A stretch of 32,000 bases of DNA. Source: Methanothermobacter sp. GTDB taxonomy: Archaea; Methanobacteriota; Methanobacteria; Methanobacteriales; Methanothermobacteraceae. The translations under genes and the position numbers were made by a program. Of the stretch, positions 18,515 to 27,932 are shown in pieces. The notes under the pieces are model-generated. The model searched no databases. It worked only from the letters and a program-made list of their open reading frames with translations, and had not been told where the DNA came from. The stretch spans positions 89,401 through 121,400 of the forward strand of contig NZ_JBNASF010000001.1 of the NCBI RefSeq assembly GCF_049720995.1, given 5' to 3'. Numbering within the stretch: position 1 is the first letter of the stretch; the number at the start of each line of letters is the position of its first letter.

Positions 18515-19858
18515 CTAGAGCTCCCATGCATTCCTTGTGAAGTTTGCAGCAAAGGAGGGGCATGATGCTGCGTGTATGTGCACGTAACTTGCAAGGGCCG
18601 ATTTGGAGGTTATTCCATCCATGGAATCCATTATACCCCTGCCCCTCAGCAACCTGAAGGCAAACCGCGCATCTCCGGTGACTGGGACCCTTGAGTAGTG
18701 GAACTCATGTCCCCTGAACACATCCCCCTCCCCTGTTATCAGGTTGTCAGAGACCGCCTCAGAGATCACGTAGCTCAGTCCCTGGACATTTTTCGTCATC
18801 TCAGCACTGTATGGGAACACACCACACATCTCACTCCCATCAATGGACCTCATCAGGTACATAAGGCCCCCACATTCCCCAAAGATGGGTCTGCCGTCTG
18901 CGTGAAACTTCCTCACTGACATCCTCATGGATCTGTTGGATTCGAGTTCCTCTGCAAATACCTCGGGGTAGCCACCCCCCATGTATACCGCGTCAACATC
19001 AGGCAGCTCCTCATCATGGAGGGGGCTGAAATAGACAACTGATGCCCCATTATCCTCAAGGGCCTCTATGTTCTCCCTGTAATAAAAGTTAAAGGCCTCA
19101 TCAAATGCCACCCCTATTTTAACCTTCCTTTTATTCTCTCTCTGCCAGAGGGGTTCCCTGTCTCCATCAATTTTCCCTGCAGATGCCATTATATCCTCAA
19201 GGGCCTCAAGGTCCAGGTACTCCTCCATTGCACTGCCCCATTTCTCAATGTAGGATGCTATCTGTTCCCTTTCAACAGCAGGTACAAGTCCAAGGTGCCT
19301 CTGCTCAACCTCCAGTTCTGCACTCCTTGGTATTCCCCCCACAACCTCAGTGCCTGTGAGTTCCTCCACGGCCTCCTTTGTCTTGAGGTAGTGTCTTCTG
19401 TTCTTAACCTGGTTCAGAATAACCCCCCTGATTTTAACCTCAGGGTCAAGGGATCTGAAACCAAGTACCATGGCCGCCGCGCTTTTAACAAGGCTTCTTG
19501 AATTTATTATGAGAACCACGGGGGCTTTAAGGGCCTTTGCAACTGAAGCTGTGCTTCCAGTATCTCCAGTTGCGCTTATACCCTCATATAAGCCCCTAAC
19601 ACCCTCTATTATTCCCATTCTGGCTCCTGATATTTCCATTGCCCTCGTGAAGGCCTCCCTTATCTGGGCATCTGTCATGAAGAATGAGTCAAGGTTCCTT
19701 GAGATGTTTCCTGTTGCCATGGTGTGATAGGAGGGGTCTATGTAGTCCGGCCCCACCTTGAAGGGCTGAATGCCCCTATCTGAGAGTGCCCTCATTAGCC
19801 CTGTTGCTATGGTGGTCTTGCCAACTGCGCTCCCTGTCCCTGCAAGTACAAGTCTCAT
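18515..19858 (-). CDS. cfbB: Cobyrinate / Ni-sirohydrochlorin a,c-diamide synthase
   Basis: 447 aa: [37 protein letters not shown] and the glutamine amidotransferase motif '[16 protein letters not shown]...[11 protein letters not shown]'. Confidence 0.93.
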   Translation of the reverse strand: MRLVLAGTGSAVGKTTIATGLMRALSDRGIQPFKVGPDYIDPSYHTMATGNISRNLDSFFMTDAQIREAFTRAMEISGARMGIIEGVRGLYEGISATGDTGSTASVAKALKAPVVLIINSRSLVKSAAAMVLGFRSLDPEVKIRGVILNQVKNRRHYLKTKEAVEELTGTEVVGGIPRSAELEVEQRHLGLVPAVEREQIASYIEKWGSAMEEYLDLEALEDIMASAGKIDGDREPLWQRENKRKVKIGVAFDEAFNFYYRENIEALEDNGASVVYFSPLHDEELPDVDAVYMGGGYPEVFAEELESNRSMRMSVRKFHADGRPIFGECGGLMYLMRSIDGSEMCGVFPYSAEMTKNVQGLSYVISEAVSDNLITGEGDVFRGHEFHYSRVPVTGDARFAFRLLRGRGIMDSMDGITSKSALASYVHIHAASCPSFAANFTRNAWEL

Positions 19859-19955
19859 ATATGAAACTCGATGCTACATTTATTTAAATTTTGGTGGATC
19901 GCAGCTTCTTAGGTTTCCCGGAATAAAAAAAGGATTTGTCAGAAATAATTGGGTT

Positions 19956-20441
19956 TCATCTTAGAAGGTATCTTGCCCTTGATGTATGTGACTTTCCATG
20001 AACAAGGCAGAAGTCGGCGTCGCATCTACTGCAGAACCACATCCCCTCAGGACATGTGGAGCCCTCCTCATACCTCAGTGTTCCATGACTGCCACAGAAT
20101 GGGCAGTAATTCCTGAATCGTGACTTATGCTCTCTGTAATCCCCGTGGAGTGAACATGAACACCTTCCACTGGCCTCAACGTAATACGGGGTTACGGTGT
20201 GGAATGATGCTCCCACATCCCTTGATGTGCGTCTGTAGGCCCTGACATGTTTCCTTTTGAGGACTCTCTTTTTATAGTATGCCTTTGTATTGATTTTGGT
20301 GTACTTCTTATGATACTTCTTCGCATCCACCTTCATGGGTTTAGCGCTGATTTCAGTTCCTCCATCCTCCGCCTCAGAAGCGGTTATGCCCGCTGCAGCT
20401 ATGGAGAATAGAAATAAAGATGCAATAAAAAGTCGCTTAAT
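19956..20441 (-). CDS. Secreted Cys-rich, basic protein with possible AUU start codon
   Basis: The ORF track starts at 20336. Upstream in-frame reading from ATT at 20441 gives MKRLFIASLFLFSIAAAGITASEAEDGGTEISAKPMKVDAKKYHKK.... GGAGG lies at 20453..20449, 7 nt from the ATT. C-term has CSC, CPFC, CSRC zinc-binding-like motifs. Confidence 0.7.
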   Translation of the reverse strand: MKRLFIASLFLFSIAAAGITASEAEDGGTEISAKPMKVDAKKYHKKYTKINTKAYYKKRVLKRKHVRAYRRTSRDVGASFHTVTPYYVEASGRCSCSLHGDYREHKSRFRNYCPFCGSHGTLRYEEGSTCPEGMWFCSRCDADFCLVHGKSHTSRARYLLR

Positions 20442-20972
20442 TTTACCGCCTCCAATCCAGAAAGATTATTTACTGTTCCCTCTGGATGTGAGGAATATAA
20501 CTGTGACCTCATATATAAATATTTTGCCTCAGAATTGAAAAATAAGACGTTTAAGAACTCTTTTTTTCAATCAGAGCCTTCTAATTACTTTTTAAAAATT
20601 GAAGTGATGGGTGTGATCTTTTAATTTCTTCTTTAAATCACTGTGACACTACAGTTTCCTTTTTTCAAAAAAAGAGCCCTATTAAACCGTTTTTTAAATC
20701 GAATGCTCTGATGGTTTATTTAAGGGGGTGCAGAGGCGCCATTCTGAGAGGATCAACCGGGTTAAAAAACACCCGTATTTATATAAGGACATGAAACAGA
20801 TGATTTGAAATTTTAAACTTTTCTGATAATTTATAATCTAATTTAAGTCGATTTAATGTCTTAAAATCAATTATAATCCTTTCAGATCATCCATTCCATC
20901 TCCATCCAATCACTGCAGATTCCACAAGGCCCTGATAAAATTAGTTATAGAACCACAGACATATTGTTCTAC

Positions 20973-22079
20973 ATGAGTCTTGCTGAAAGGGTCCAGGTTC
21001 TGAGTGACAGTGCCCAGTTTGACCTCTGCGACCAGAGTGCAGACCCCTCCCAGCGGAACCCATCGGTGCCTGGTATCTACTACACAAGTTACCGGGGCTG
21101 CAGGGTGCCCCTCTTTAAGGTTCTGCTCACCAACAGGTGCTGTAATGACTGCAGGTACTGTATAAACAGAGCAGAGAAAGAGCCTGTTGAACTGAAGCCT
21201 GAGGAAATTGCAGGAATATTCCTTGAGTACTATGAGAGGCGCTATGTTGATGGACTCTTCCTCAGCTCCGGTGTGAGCAGGGACCCTGATGAAACCATGG
21301 AGAAGCTCCTGGAGACACTCAGAATCCTGAGACTTGAGGGTTATGGTGGCTACATACACCTCAAGATCATACCGGGCTCATCCATGGACACTGTAAGGAG
21401 GGCCATGGAACTTGCAAGTAGGGTGAGCATCAACCTTGAGACCGCGACCAGGGATGGTCTTGATGAACTTTCATCCACCAAGGACTACAGTGTTGACATC
21501 CTGCGAAGAATGAGGTGGATCAGCAGGTTCAAAAAGAGACACCCTGAACTTGCACCCTCAGGTCAGAGTACCCAGCTGATGGTTGGGGCTGTTGATGAAA
21601 CAGATGAGGATATTGTTAAACGTGTTAAGTGGATCTACGATAGATACTCCCTGAAGAGGGTGTACTTCAGTGGTTTTCAGCCCATTGAAGGCACCGAACT
21701 GGAGAAACGTGCGGAGGCAGATCCCCTGCGTGTCTTCAGACTCTATCAGGCAGACTCCCTTCTGAAGTCCTATGATTTCAGTGTTGATGAGCTGAGGTTC
21801 AGTGGTGGTTACCTGGACACCTCTGTGGATCCAAAGTACGCCGCAGCCATGGAGATGGATATCTTCCCCGTGGACCTCAGGAGTGCCCCCTATCATGAAC
21901 TCATCAGGGTTCCTGGAATAGGACCAAGGTCAGCCAGAAAAATAATTGAACTAAGGAAAAATGTTAACCTCACCCCTGATCTCCTTAAGGGAATGGGAGT
22001 GAGGCTGGGGAGGGCCGAGCCCTTCATATACCTTGACGGATCCCAGACAACCCTCAGCAGCTGGAATGGTAAGGATTGA
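20973..22079 (+). CDS. Putative DNA modification/repair radical SAM protein with C-terminal helix-hairpin-helix
   Basis: MSLAERVQVLSDSAQFDLCDQ..; 'LLTNRCCNDCRYCINRAEKEP' matches the radical SAM CxxxCxxC motif of this family; C-term 'LIRVPGIGPRSARKIIELRK' is an HhH motif. Confidence 0.85.
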   Translation: MSLAERVQVLSDSAQFDLCDQSADPSQRNPSVPGIYYTSYRGCRVPLFKVLLTNRCCNDCRYCINRAEKEPVELKPEEIAGIFLEYYERRYVDGLFLSSGVSRDPDETMEKLLETLRILRLEGYGGYIHLKIIPGSSMDTVRRAMELASRVSINLETATRDGLDELSSTKDYSVDILRRMRWISRFKKRHPELAPSGQSTQLMVGAVDETDEDIVKRVKWIYDRYSLKRVYFSGFQPIEGTELEKRAEADPLRVFRLYQADSLLKSYDFSVDELRFSGGYLDTSVDPKYAAAMEMDIFPVDLRSAPYHELIRVPGIGPRSARKIIELRKNVNLTPDLLKGMGVRLGRAEPFIYLDGSQTTLSSWNGKD

Positions 22080-22097
22080 CTCACTGTAGGGATTAAC

Positions 22098-22397
22098 TCA
22101 CTGTAGTTCAGAGAACATTTCCCATATTTCAGGGTACTTCTCCTTCACCGCCCTTTCTATGAGGTCCGATGCCTCCCTGCTTATGCTGAACTCTGGCTGT
22201 GTCTTTTTCAGGTACCTGAGGACAGCTGCAGACCTTGCAGACCAGAGTGTTATGCGGGGGTTACGTTTAACCTCCCTTATAACAGCCTCAACCTGCACAT
22301 CCACAGGTGCCGTGTCTGCAGTCTCCTTCACTTCCTTCCTTGTCCTTGACTGGATGAGTGCATCGAGTCCCATTCCAAGGCCCTTCTTCTGTGTCAT
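22098..22397 (-). CDS. Small protein with ParB-like N-terminal ParA-interacting peptide, no ParB DNA-binding domain seen
   Basis: 99 aa: MTQKKGLGMGLDALIQSRTRKE... compares to the ParB N-terminus 'KKGLGRGLDALL'. 4 nt downstream of the parA-like gene. Confidence 0.65.
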   Translation of the reverse strand: MTQKKGLGMGLDALIQSRTRKEVKETADTAPVDVQVEAVIREVKRNPRITLWSARSAAVLRYLKKTQPEFSISREASDLIERAVKEKYPEIWEMFSELQ

Positions 22398-22401
22398 GAT
22401 A

Positions 22402-23169
22402 TCACTCCATGTCCAGTATTTCGGCTGCGAGTTTCATGTAGGCCCCTGTACCTGTGCTCTCAGGGTCATAGGTGATGCATGGTTTCCCATGGCTGGGGGC
22501 CTCTGCAAGGCGTACATTTCGCGGTATCCTTGTTCTGAAGATGTTCTCCCTTTCACCGAAGAACCTTTCAACCTCCCTCTGCACGTCCCTTGCAAGGCGT
22601 GTTCTCGAGTCGTAGAGGGTTATGAGTATCCCCTTTATGGGGCAGGGGCTCTGGAGACGTTCCTCAACAAGGTTCATTGTCCTGAGAAGGTCGGCCATCC
22701 CCTCGAGGGCATAGTACTCTGCCTGTATTGGTATTATGACGCTGTCGGATGCCACCAGGGCATTGAGTGTGAGTATCCCCAGTGAGGGCGGGGCGTCTAT
22801 GAATATGTAGTCGAATTCATCCCGGACGTCCCCCAGAGCCTCCTTGAGGATTGCATGGTAGCCTATCTCGCTGCTGAGTTCTATCTCTGCACCGCTCAGC
22901 GATATGTTGCTTGGTGCAAGGTATAGGTCCTGGAGTTCTGCGGGCAGTATCACATCCCTGAGGTCTGCCTTTCTGCTGAGTACGGTGTAGATGGTTGAGT
23001 CCAGTTCAGATTTATTCACACCGAACCCTGTTGTTGCGTTGCCCTGGGGGTCCATGTCAACCACCAGCACCCTCCTCTCAAGGAGTGAAAGGGCTGCTGA
23101 GAGGTTCACTGCCGTTGTTGTCTTGCCACAGCCCCCCTTCTGGTTTATGATTGAAATTATCTCTCCCAT
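22402..23169 (-). CDS. parA: ParA/Soj family chromosome partitioning ATPase
   Basis: MGEIISIINQKGGCGKTTTAVNLSAALSLLERRVLVVDMDPQGNATTGFGV..; 'YIFIDAPPSLGILTLNALVASDSVIIPIQAEYYALEGMADLL'. Confidence 0.93.
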   Translation of the reverse strand: MGEIISIINQKGGCGKTTTAVNLSAALSLLERRVLVVDMDPQGNATTGFGVNKSELDSTIYTVLSRKADLRDVILPAELQDLYLAPSNISLSGAEIELSSEIGYHAILKEALGDVRDEFDYIFIDAPPSLGILTLNALVASDSVIIPIQAEYYALEGMADLLRTMNLVEERLQSPCPIKGILITLYDSRTRLARDVQREVERFFGERENIFRTRIPRNVRLAEAPSHGKPCITYDPESTGTGAYMKLAAEILDME

Positions 23170-23237
23170 TGAATCACCATCAGACTGATTTAGGATGATC
23201 ACTTGGAACTTAGAATTTAGAACTTATAAATTATATC

Positions 23238-23257
23238 TTATAAGTTATAACTTATAA
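23238..23257. promoter_or_regulatory. Perfect 20-bp palindrome upstream of the parA-like gene (candidate operator or parS-like site)
   Basis: TTATAAGTTATAACTTATAA is identical to its reverse complement. Further partial copies (AACTTATAA) are adjacent. Confidence 0.55.
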
Positions 23258-23278
23258 TAAAACGTGTTAAAAAAATTT

Positions 23279-25096
23279 TTAGAAGTTGATTCTCTCTGAA
23301 AGTCTGGCCGGGAGGGGAAGTCTCCTGAAGGGCATTCCCTGGGTCTCTGATCTGACGAGTTCAATGAGCTCATTGAGATCCATCTGAACCTTTTCACCGG
23401 TGCTTCTGATGTTAACAGTGAGTTTGCCCTCAAGTTCGCTGTCACCCACAACCACCACGTAGGGTACCCAGTCCTGGGCAGCGTTCCTTATCTTCTTACC
23501 AAGGGTCTCTGCTCTGTCGTCAAGGTCCGCCCTCACATCATTTGCCGTCATCTCTGATACAAGGGACTCTGCAAATTCAAGGTGGCGCTCGGCAATGGGA
23601 AGCACCCGTACCTGTGTCGGTGAAAGCCACACAGGTAGCATGGGTGGTTTTTCATCCATCTCAATGGCCGTCTTTTCAAGCAAGCTGCATATAACCCTTT
23701 CTATGCTCCCTGTTGGGCTGCAGTGGAGGATTATGGGGTTCATCTCCTCCTCATCACTGTTAACATAGGTTATACCAAATCTTTCACCGCTTTCAACATC
23801 TATCTGCACCGTTGGGTTCTCTATTGGCCTTCCAAGGTAATCTATGGCTGCGAAGTCCATCTTGGCAATCCAGTAGTGCTTCCTTGATGGTAGAAGTTCA
23901 AGGAGTATCGGTTTCCCTATCCTATCCGCCACTGAGTGCACCCACTCAGAGTAATTCTCATAGAAATCCCTGGTGGCTCTGAATATAACCTCATAGTTCA
24001 CCTGGAGGTCATCGCCTGTCTTCATGCACATCTCCACCTGACCTGCAAACTCATTGAGGGCCTGTTCAAGGTCGGCGCATACCGTGTGAAGGTCGGGCAT
24101 TGTAAAGCCCCTGAGCCTTTTGAGGCCAACCACCTCACCCTTCTTCTCAAGCCTGAAGCTGTAGGTGGAGAGTTCATATATTGATGCTGGAAGATTTTTC
24201 CACGTGAGAAACGAATCTGAAAGTATCCTGAAGGCCCCGAAACAGCATGCATATCGCAGCATGAGCTCCTTCTTGTTCCTCATCCTGTACTGCCTTTCAC
24301 CGAATTTCTCTGCATGGACCCTTATGGCCTCGTCCTCAAGGTCGTACATTATGGGGGTCTCAACCGGCATTGCCCCCTCACTGGTTACGAGCATGTAAAC
24401 GTAGTCTGCAAGAAGATCCCTTATCAGCCTTCCCCTGGGGTACCATCTGAGGTGTCCCACATCGGCTGACGGTTCATAATCCGCCAGTCCCTTCTCCCTC
24501 ATGATTCTAACGTGTGGTGGCTCCTCACCGGATGATTCAAGCTCACCCAGTTCATACTTCACAAGGTTTTCAAGGTCCCTGCTGGTGAACTCAAATTCTT
24601 CAGGTCTGATTTTCTGGCCCTTATGGAGTATGAACCACTCTGATTCCTCTGATTCCTCCTCCTCTTTTATGGGCTCCGGCCTTATGGTTCTTGAGAGCTC
24701 TGATAGTGGGTGGCCCTTGCAGGATATTCTGAATGCCTTGTACCAGCCAAAGGGGACCCTTGAGACCTCAAGTCCCCTCTCCCTCAGTGTCTCTTCCATG
24801 CCCTCAAGAACCCTGCGGGCTGTCTCAGGGGAGCTCAGTGATGAGCTGAGATGTGCATATGGGTATATAACCACATTATGAGCCTTAACATCACCAAAAA
24901 CCCTTACTATTTCATTTACCGCATTTTCAATAACCGAATCTGGGTTCTCCTCATCCTCAGCCTCCACCGCTGTGAAGACCACAAGAGACTCGGAGAAATG
25001 TCCCTGCATTTTATCTTCAGCTATTTCCTCCGCTATCCCTGTTTTGTTCTTTGTCTCGTATTCCAGGTAATCAGAGTGAATTAACAGTATCCTCAT
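23279..25096 (-). CDS. thrS: Threonyl-tRNA synthetase (archaeal type with archaeal editing domain)
   Basis: 605 aa: [19 protein letters not shown] archaeal N-terminal domain; class II motifs '[12 protein letters not shown]'-type, 'GIVHWS'-like catalytic domain and C-terminal anticodon domain '[22 protein letters not shown]'. Confidence 0.95.
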   Translation of the reverse strand: MRILLIHSDYLEYETKNKTGIAEEIAEDKMQGHFSESLVVFTAVEAEDEENPDSVIENAVNEIVRVFGDVKAHNVVIYPYAHLSSSLSSPETARRVLEGMEETLRERGLEVSRVPFGWYKAFRISCKGHPLSELSRTIRPEPIKEEEESEESEWFILHKGQKIRPEEFEFTSRDLENLVKYELGELESSGEEPPHVRIMREKGLADYEPSADVGHLRWYPRGRLIRDLLADYVYMLVTSEGAMPVETPIMYDLEDEAIRVHAEKFGERQYRMRNKKELMLRYACCFGAFRILSDSFLTWKNLPASIYELSTYSFRLEKKGEVVGLKRLRGFTMPDLHTVCADLEQALNEFAGQVEMCMKTGDDLQVNYEVIFRATRDFYENYSEWVHSVADRIGKPILLELLPSRKHYWIAKMDFAAIDYLGRPIENPTVQIDVESGERFGITYVNSDEEEMNPIILHCSPTGSIERVICSLLEKTAIEMDEKPPMLPVWLSPTQVRVLPIAERHLEFAESLVSEMTANDVRADLDDRAETLGKKIRNAAQDWVPYVVVVGDSELEGKLTVNIRSTGEKVQMDLNELIELVRSETQGMPFRRLPLPARLSERINF

Positions 25097-25247
25097 GCCA
25101 TCACCTTGTAAGAATAATATAATGTTATTGTTTTAAGGGCGAAGGTTTTTAAATATTGCCTATCATGTACACAGTAGCTGTAAAGGAATCCACAATACTG
25201 CAGTGAGTCACTGGGAAAGATCCGCCAGATCTGCATAAATGGTGTTT

Positions 25248-25994
25248 CTAGATAGCTCCTGCCCCCCAATATGATTTCCCATACCATATGCTGTCAAATA
25301 TCCTCGAGTAATTCTCTGCTATCTCAGGGTACTGATTCCATATACCAATTGCAGTCTCAGGTATCGGTGATCCCTCAGGGGTGAACCTGGAGAATATCCA
25401 CATCATCTCAGCTGAATCCCTCACAAACATCCGAACAGGAGGCATGCTCATGACCCTCACCTCACAGGGCAGATCAAATTCTGCAGGTGCCATTATCCTT
25501 ATATCAGCACCTCTATCCACTATTCTCTCAAGTGCAGGGCGCAGCTCCCTCAGCTCACCCCTGAAGATGAATCCCATTCTCATTTTGAGTTCGGACCTGG
25601 TCCTTGATATGATCTCAAGTTCCTTCTTCATTATCTTCTCCTGTCCATGTATGAGCCATACCGGGGCCGGCACCCTCGCAACCTGGTCCTCGTAGGTCCG
25701 CTTGAGCTGGTGCATGGCCTCATCCAGTTCCTTCATTATTCTCCTCTTCTCCCTCCTGAAAACATCTGCAGGGGGAACCACATGGTACCTGAGGGGTTTG
25801 CCGCGCTCCACCTCCACAAATCCCCTGTCTGAAAGCTGCCTCAGAACCTCATAGATTCTCGACCTCGGGATTCCTGAGGCCTCAGCAGCCTCTGATGCAC
25901 CTGCAGATACCAGTGAAACCATTGCACTGTATGCAGCTGCCTGATAGTCCGTAAGTCCCATGAGTCTAAGTGCATTCCTCACCTTCCTCTCCAA
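25248..25994 (-). CDS. TrmB family transcriptional regulator
   Basis: '[73 protein letters not shown]' TrmB wHTH. The probable TTG start follows AGAGGTG; the ORF track start at 26027 is likely too early. Confidence 0.88.
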   Translation of the reverse strand: MERKVRNALRLMGLTDYQAAAYSAMVSLVSAGASEAAEASGIPRSRIYEVLRQLSDRGFVEVERGKPLRYHVVPPADVFRREKRRIMKELDEAMHQLKRTYEDQVARVPAPVWLIHGQEKIMKKELEIISRTRSELKMRMGFIFRGELRELRPALERIVDRGADIRIMAPAEFDLPCEVRVMSMPPVRMFVRDSAEMMWIFSRFTPEGSPIPETAIGIWNQYPEIAENYSRIFDSIWYGKSYWGAGAI

Positions 25995-26081
25995 ACAGAC
26001 ACCTCTAGTGTTACATTTTATACTCAAATAGTGACAAAACCTATATATAATTTCCTGTCAATTTTTAATATGGTGATTGAA

Positions 26082-27557
26082 ATGAAGTACCGCTGCAAGG
26101 TATGTGATTACATATATGACCCTGATGTGGGTGACCCCAGATCAGGCATAAAACCAGGGACCCCATTTGAAGAACTTCCAGATGACTGGCTCTGCCCGGT
26201 CTGCAACGTGGGCAAGGACCAGTTTGAACCCCTGAGGGGCGAGGTGAGGCGCGTGAGGCCAGAGGATATAGACATGTTCTGCTACCAGTGCTCCCAGACA
26301 GTCCGGGGAAAGGCATGCACAGTAAAGGGAGTCTGTGGAAAGGAAGCGACAGTGGCAAGACTCCAGGACAACCTTCTATTTGCTATAAAGGGCATTTCAG
26401 CCTATCTTTACCATGCCAGGGAACTTGGGTACACCGATGAGGTGGTGGATGCATTCCTTGAGAGGGGATTCTACTCAACACTCACCAACGTGAACTTCGA
26501 TGCAGATGAATTTGTAAGCCTCGCCCTTGAGGCTGGTGAAATGAACTTGAGGACCATGAAACTCCTCAAGAAGGCCCACATAGACACCTATGGTGAACCT
26601 GAACCCGCAGAAGTCCGGGTGGGTGCCCTTGAGGGTCCCGCCATAATAGCAACAGGTCACAGCCTGAAGGCGCTTGAAGAGCTGCTCAAGCAGACCGAAG
26701 GTACAGGTGTGAACGTGTACACCCACTCAGAGCTGCTTCCAGCCCACGGTTACCCTGGACTGAGGAAGTACCCGCACCTTGCAGGGCAGCTTGGAGGACC
26801 ATGGTTCGACCAGAGGGAGACCTTCTCACGCTATACTGCTGCTGTGCTCGGAACATCAAACTGCGTGCTGCTTCCACGCGACAGTTACAGGGAGAGGATG
26901 TTCACCTGTGGAGTTGCCGGTCTTCCGGGGGTTGAACATGTAGAGGGCTACGACTTCAGTCCTGTGATAGAGAAGGCCCTTGAACTTCCACCCCTTAAAG
27001 AGGAGGAGGCCACCACTCTCACAACTGGTTTCGGTCTCTCAACAATCCTATCACTTGCAGACAAAATAGAGGAACTTGTGGAGGAGGGTAAAATCAGGAG
27101 GTTCTTCCTTGTTGGCGGCTGCGATTCACCACTCCCCAGGGCAAAGTACTACACTGAATTTGTGCGGGGGCTCCCTGAGGATACGGTTGTTCTCACACTG
27201 GCCTGCGGCAAGTACCGTTTCAACTCAATGGACCTGGGTGACATCGAGGGGATCCCCAGGCTCATAGACCTGGGACAGTGCAACGACTCCATAGTTGCAG
27301 TGGAGCTTGTGGAGGCGCTTAGCAACCTCTTCAATATGGATGTGAATGAGCTGCCCCTCAGCATAGTCCTCAGCTGGATGGAACAGAAGGCCGCTGCAAT
27401 ACTGTGGAGCCTCCTATCACTGAACCTCAAGGGCATGTACATAGGTCCCATACTGCCTGGATGGGCCAACGATGACATCATAAATGTGCTTGTTGATAAC
27501 TATGAACTCACACCAATAGGTGACCCTGAAGAAGATATCAGGAAGATGCTCGGGTGA
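26082..27557 (+). CDS. hcp: Rubredoxin domain fused to hybrid cluster protein (hydroxylamine reductase)
   Basis: N-term [50 protein letters not shown] is rubredoxin, followed by [32 protein letters not shown] and C-terminal '[30 protein letters not shown]' of HCP. Confidence 0.92.
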   Translation: MKYRCKVCDYIYDPDVGDPRSGIKPGTPFEELPDDWLCPVCNVGKDQFEPLRGEVRRVRPEDIDMFCYQCSQTVRGKACTVKGVCGKEATVARLQDNLLFAIKGISAYLYHARELGYTDEVVDAFLERGFYSTLTNVNFDADEFVSLALEAGEMNLRTMKLLKKAHIDTYGEPEPAEVRVGALEGPAIIATGHSLKALEELLKQTEGTGVNVYTHSELLPAHGYPGLRKYPHLAGQLGGPWFDQRETFSRYTAAVLGTSNCVLLPRDSYRERMFTCGVAGLPGVEHVEGYDFSPVIEKALELPPLKEEEATTLTTGFGLSTILSLADKIEELVEEGKIRRFFLVGGCDSPLPRAKYYTEFVRGLPEDTVVLTLACGKYRFNSMDLGDIEGIPRLIDLGQCNDSIVAVELVEALSNLFNMDVNELPLSIVLSWMEQKAAAILWSLLSLNLKGMYIGPILPGWANDDIINVLVDNYELTPIGDPEEDIRKMLG

Positions 27558-27561
27558 TTGG

Positions 27562-27879
27562 ATGGAACTCAGGGGAAAGGTTCTGAAACTGAATGAACTG
27601 ATTGACCACCAGAAAGATTCGGTGGTGAGCAGGGAGATCATCAGGAAGGATGCAGGTACTGTGACCCTCTTTGCCTTTGACAGTGGTCAGGGTCTCAGTG
27701 AACACACTGCACCATTCGATGCCATGGTCCAGGTGATCGAGGGTGAGGCAGAAATTACAATAAGCGGGGAGAAGAACCGTGTGGCTGCAGGTGAGATGAT
27801 AATAATGCCAGCCAATGAGCCCCATGCGGTGATGGCGGTGAAACCCTTCAAGATGCTCCTCACCATGATAAGGTCATGA
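27562..27879 (+). CDS. Cupin domain protein
   Basis: MELRGKVLKLNELIDHQKDSVVSREIIRKDAGTVTLFAFDSGQGLSEHTAPFDAMVQVIEGEAEITISGEKNRVAAGEMIIMPANEPHAV, a classic single-cupin pattern. Starts 4 nt after the hcp stop. Confidence 0.88.
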   Translation: MELRGKVLKLNELIDHQKDSVVSREIIRKDAGTVTLFAFDSGQGLSEHTAPFDAMVQVIEGEAEITISGEKNRVAAGEMIIMPANEPHAVMAVKPFKMLLTMIRS

Positions 27880-27932
27880 GTGCGTGGTGGATTCAATAGG
27901 ACAGGTTCCAACAGCCCTGAAATCCAGAATAA

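Noticed and set aside
25168-25173. Single TGTACA upstream of the thrS TATA-like element
   Set aside because: Position is tempting, but one palindromic 6-mer without a second phased box is weak evidence for TrpY control.
25209-25223. Short AGATC-CGCCA-GATCT inverted repeat between the TrmB-like gene and thrS (approximate position)
   Set aside because: The 5-bp arms are too short to distinguish from chance.
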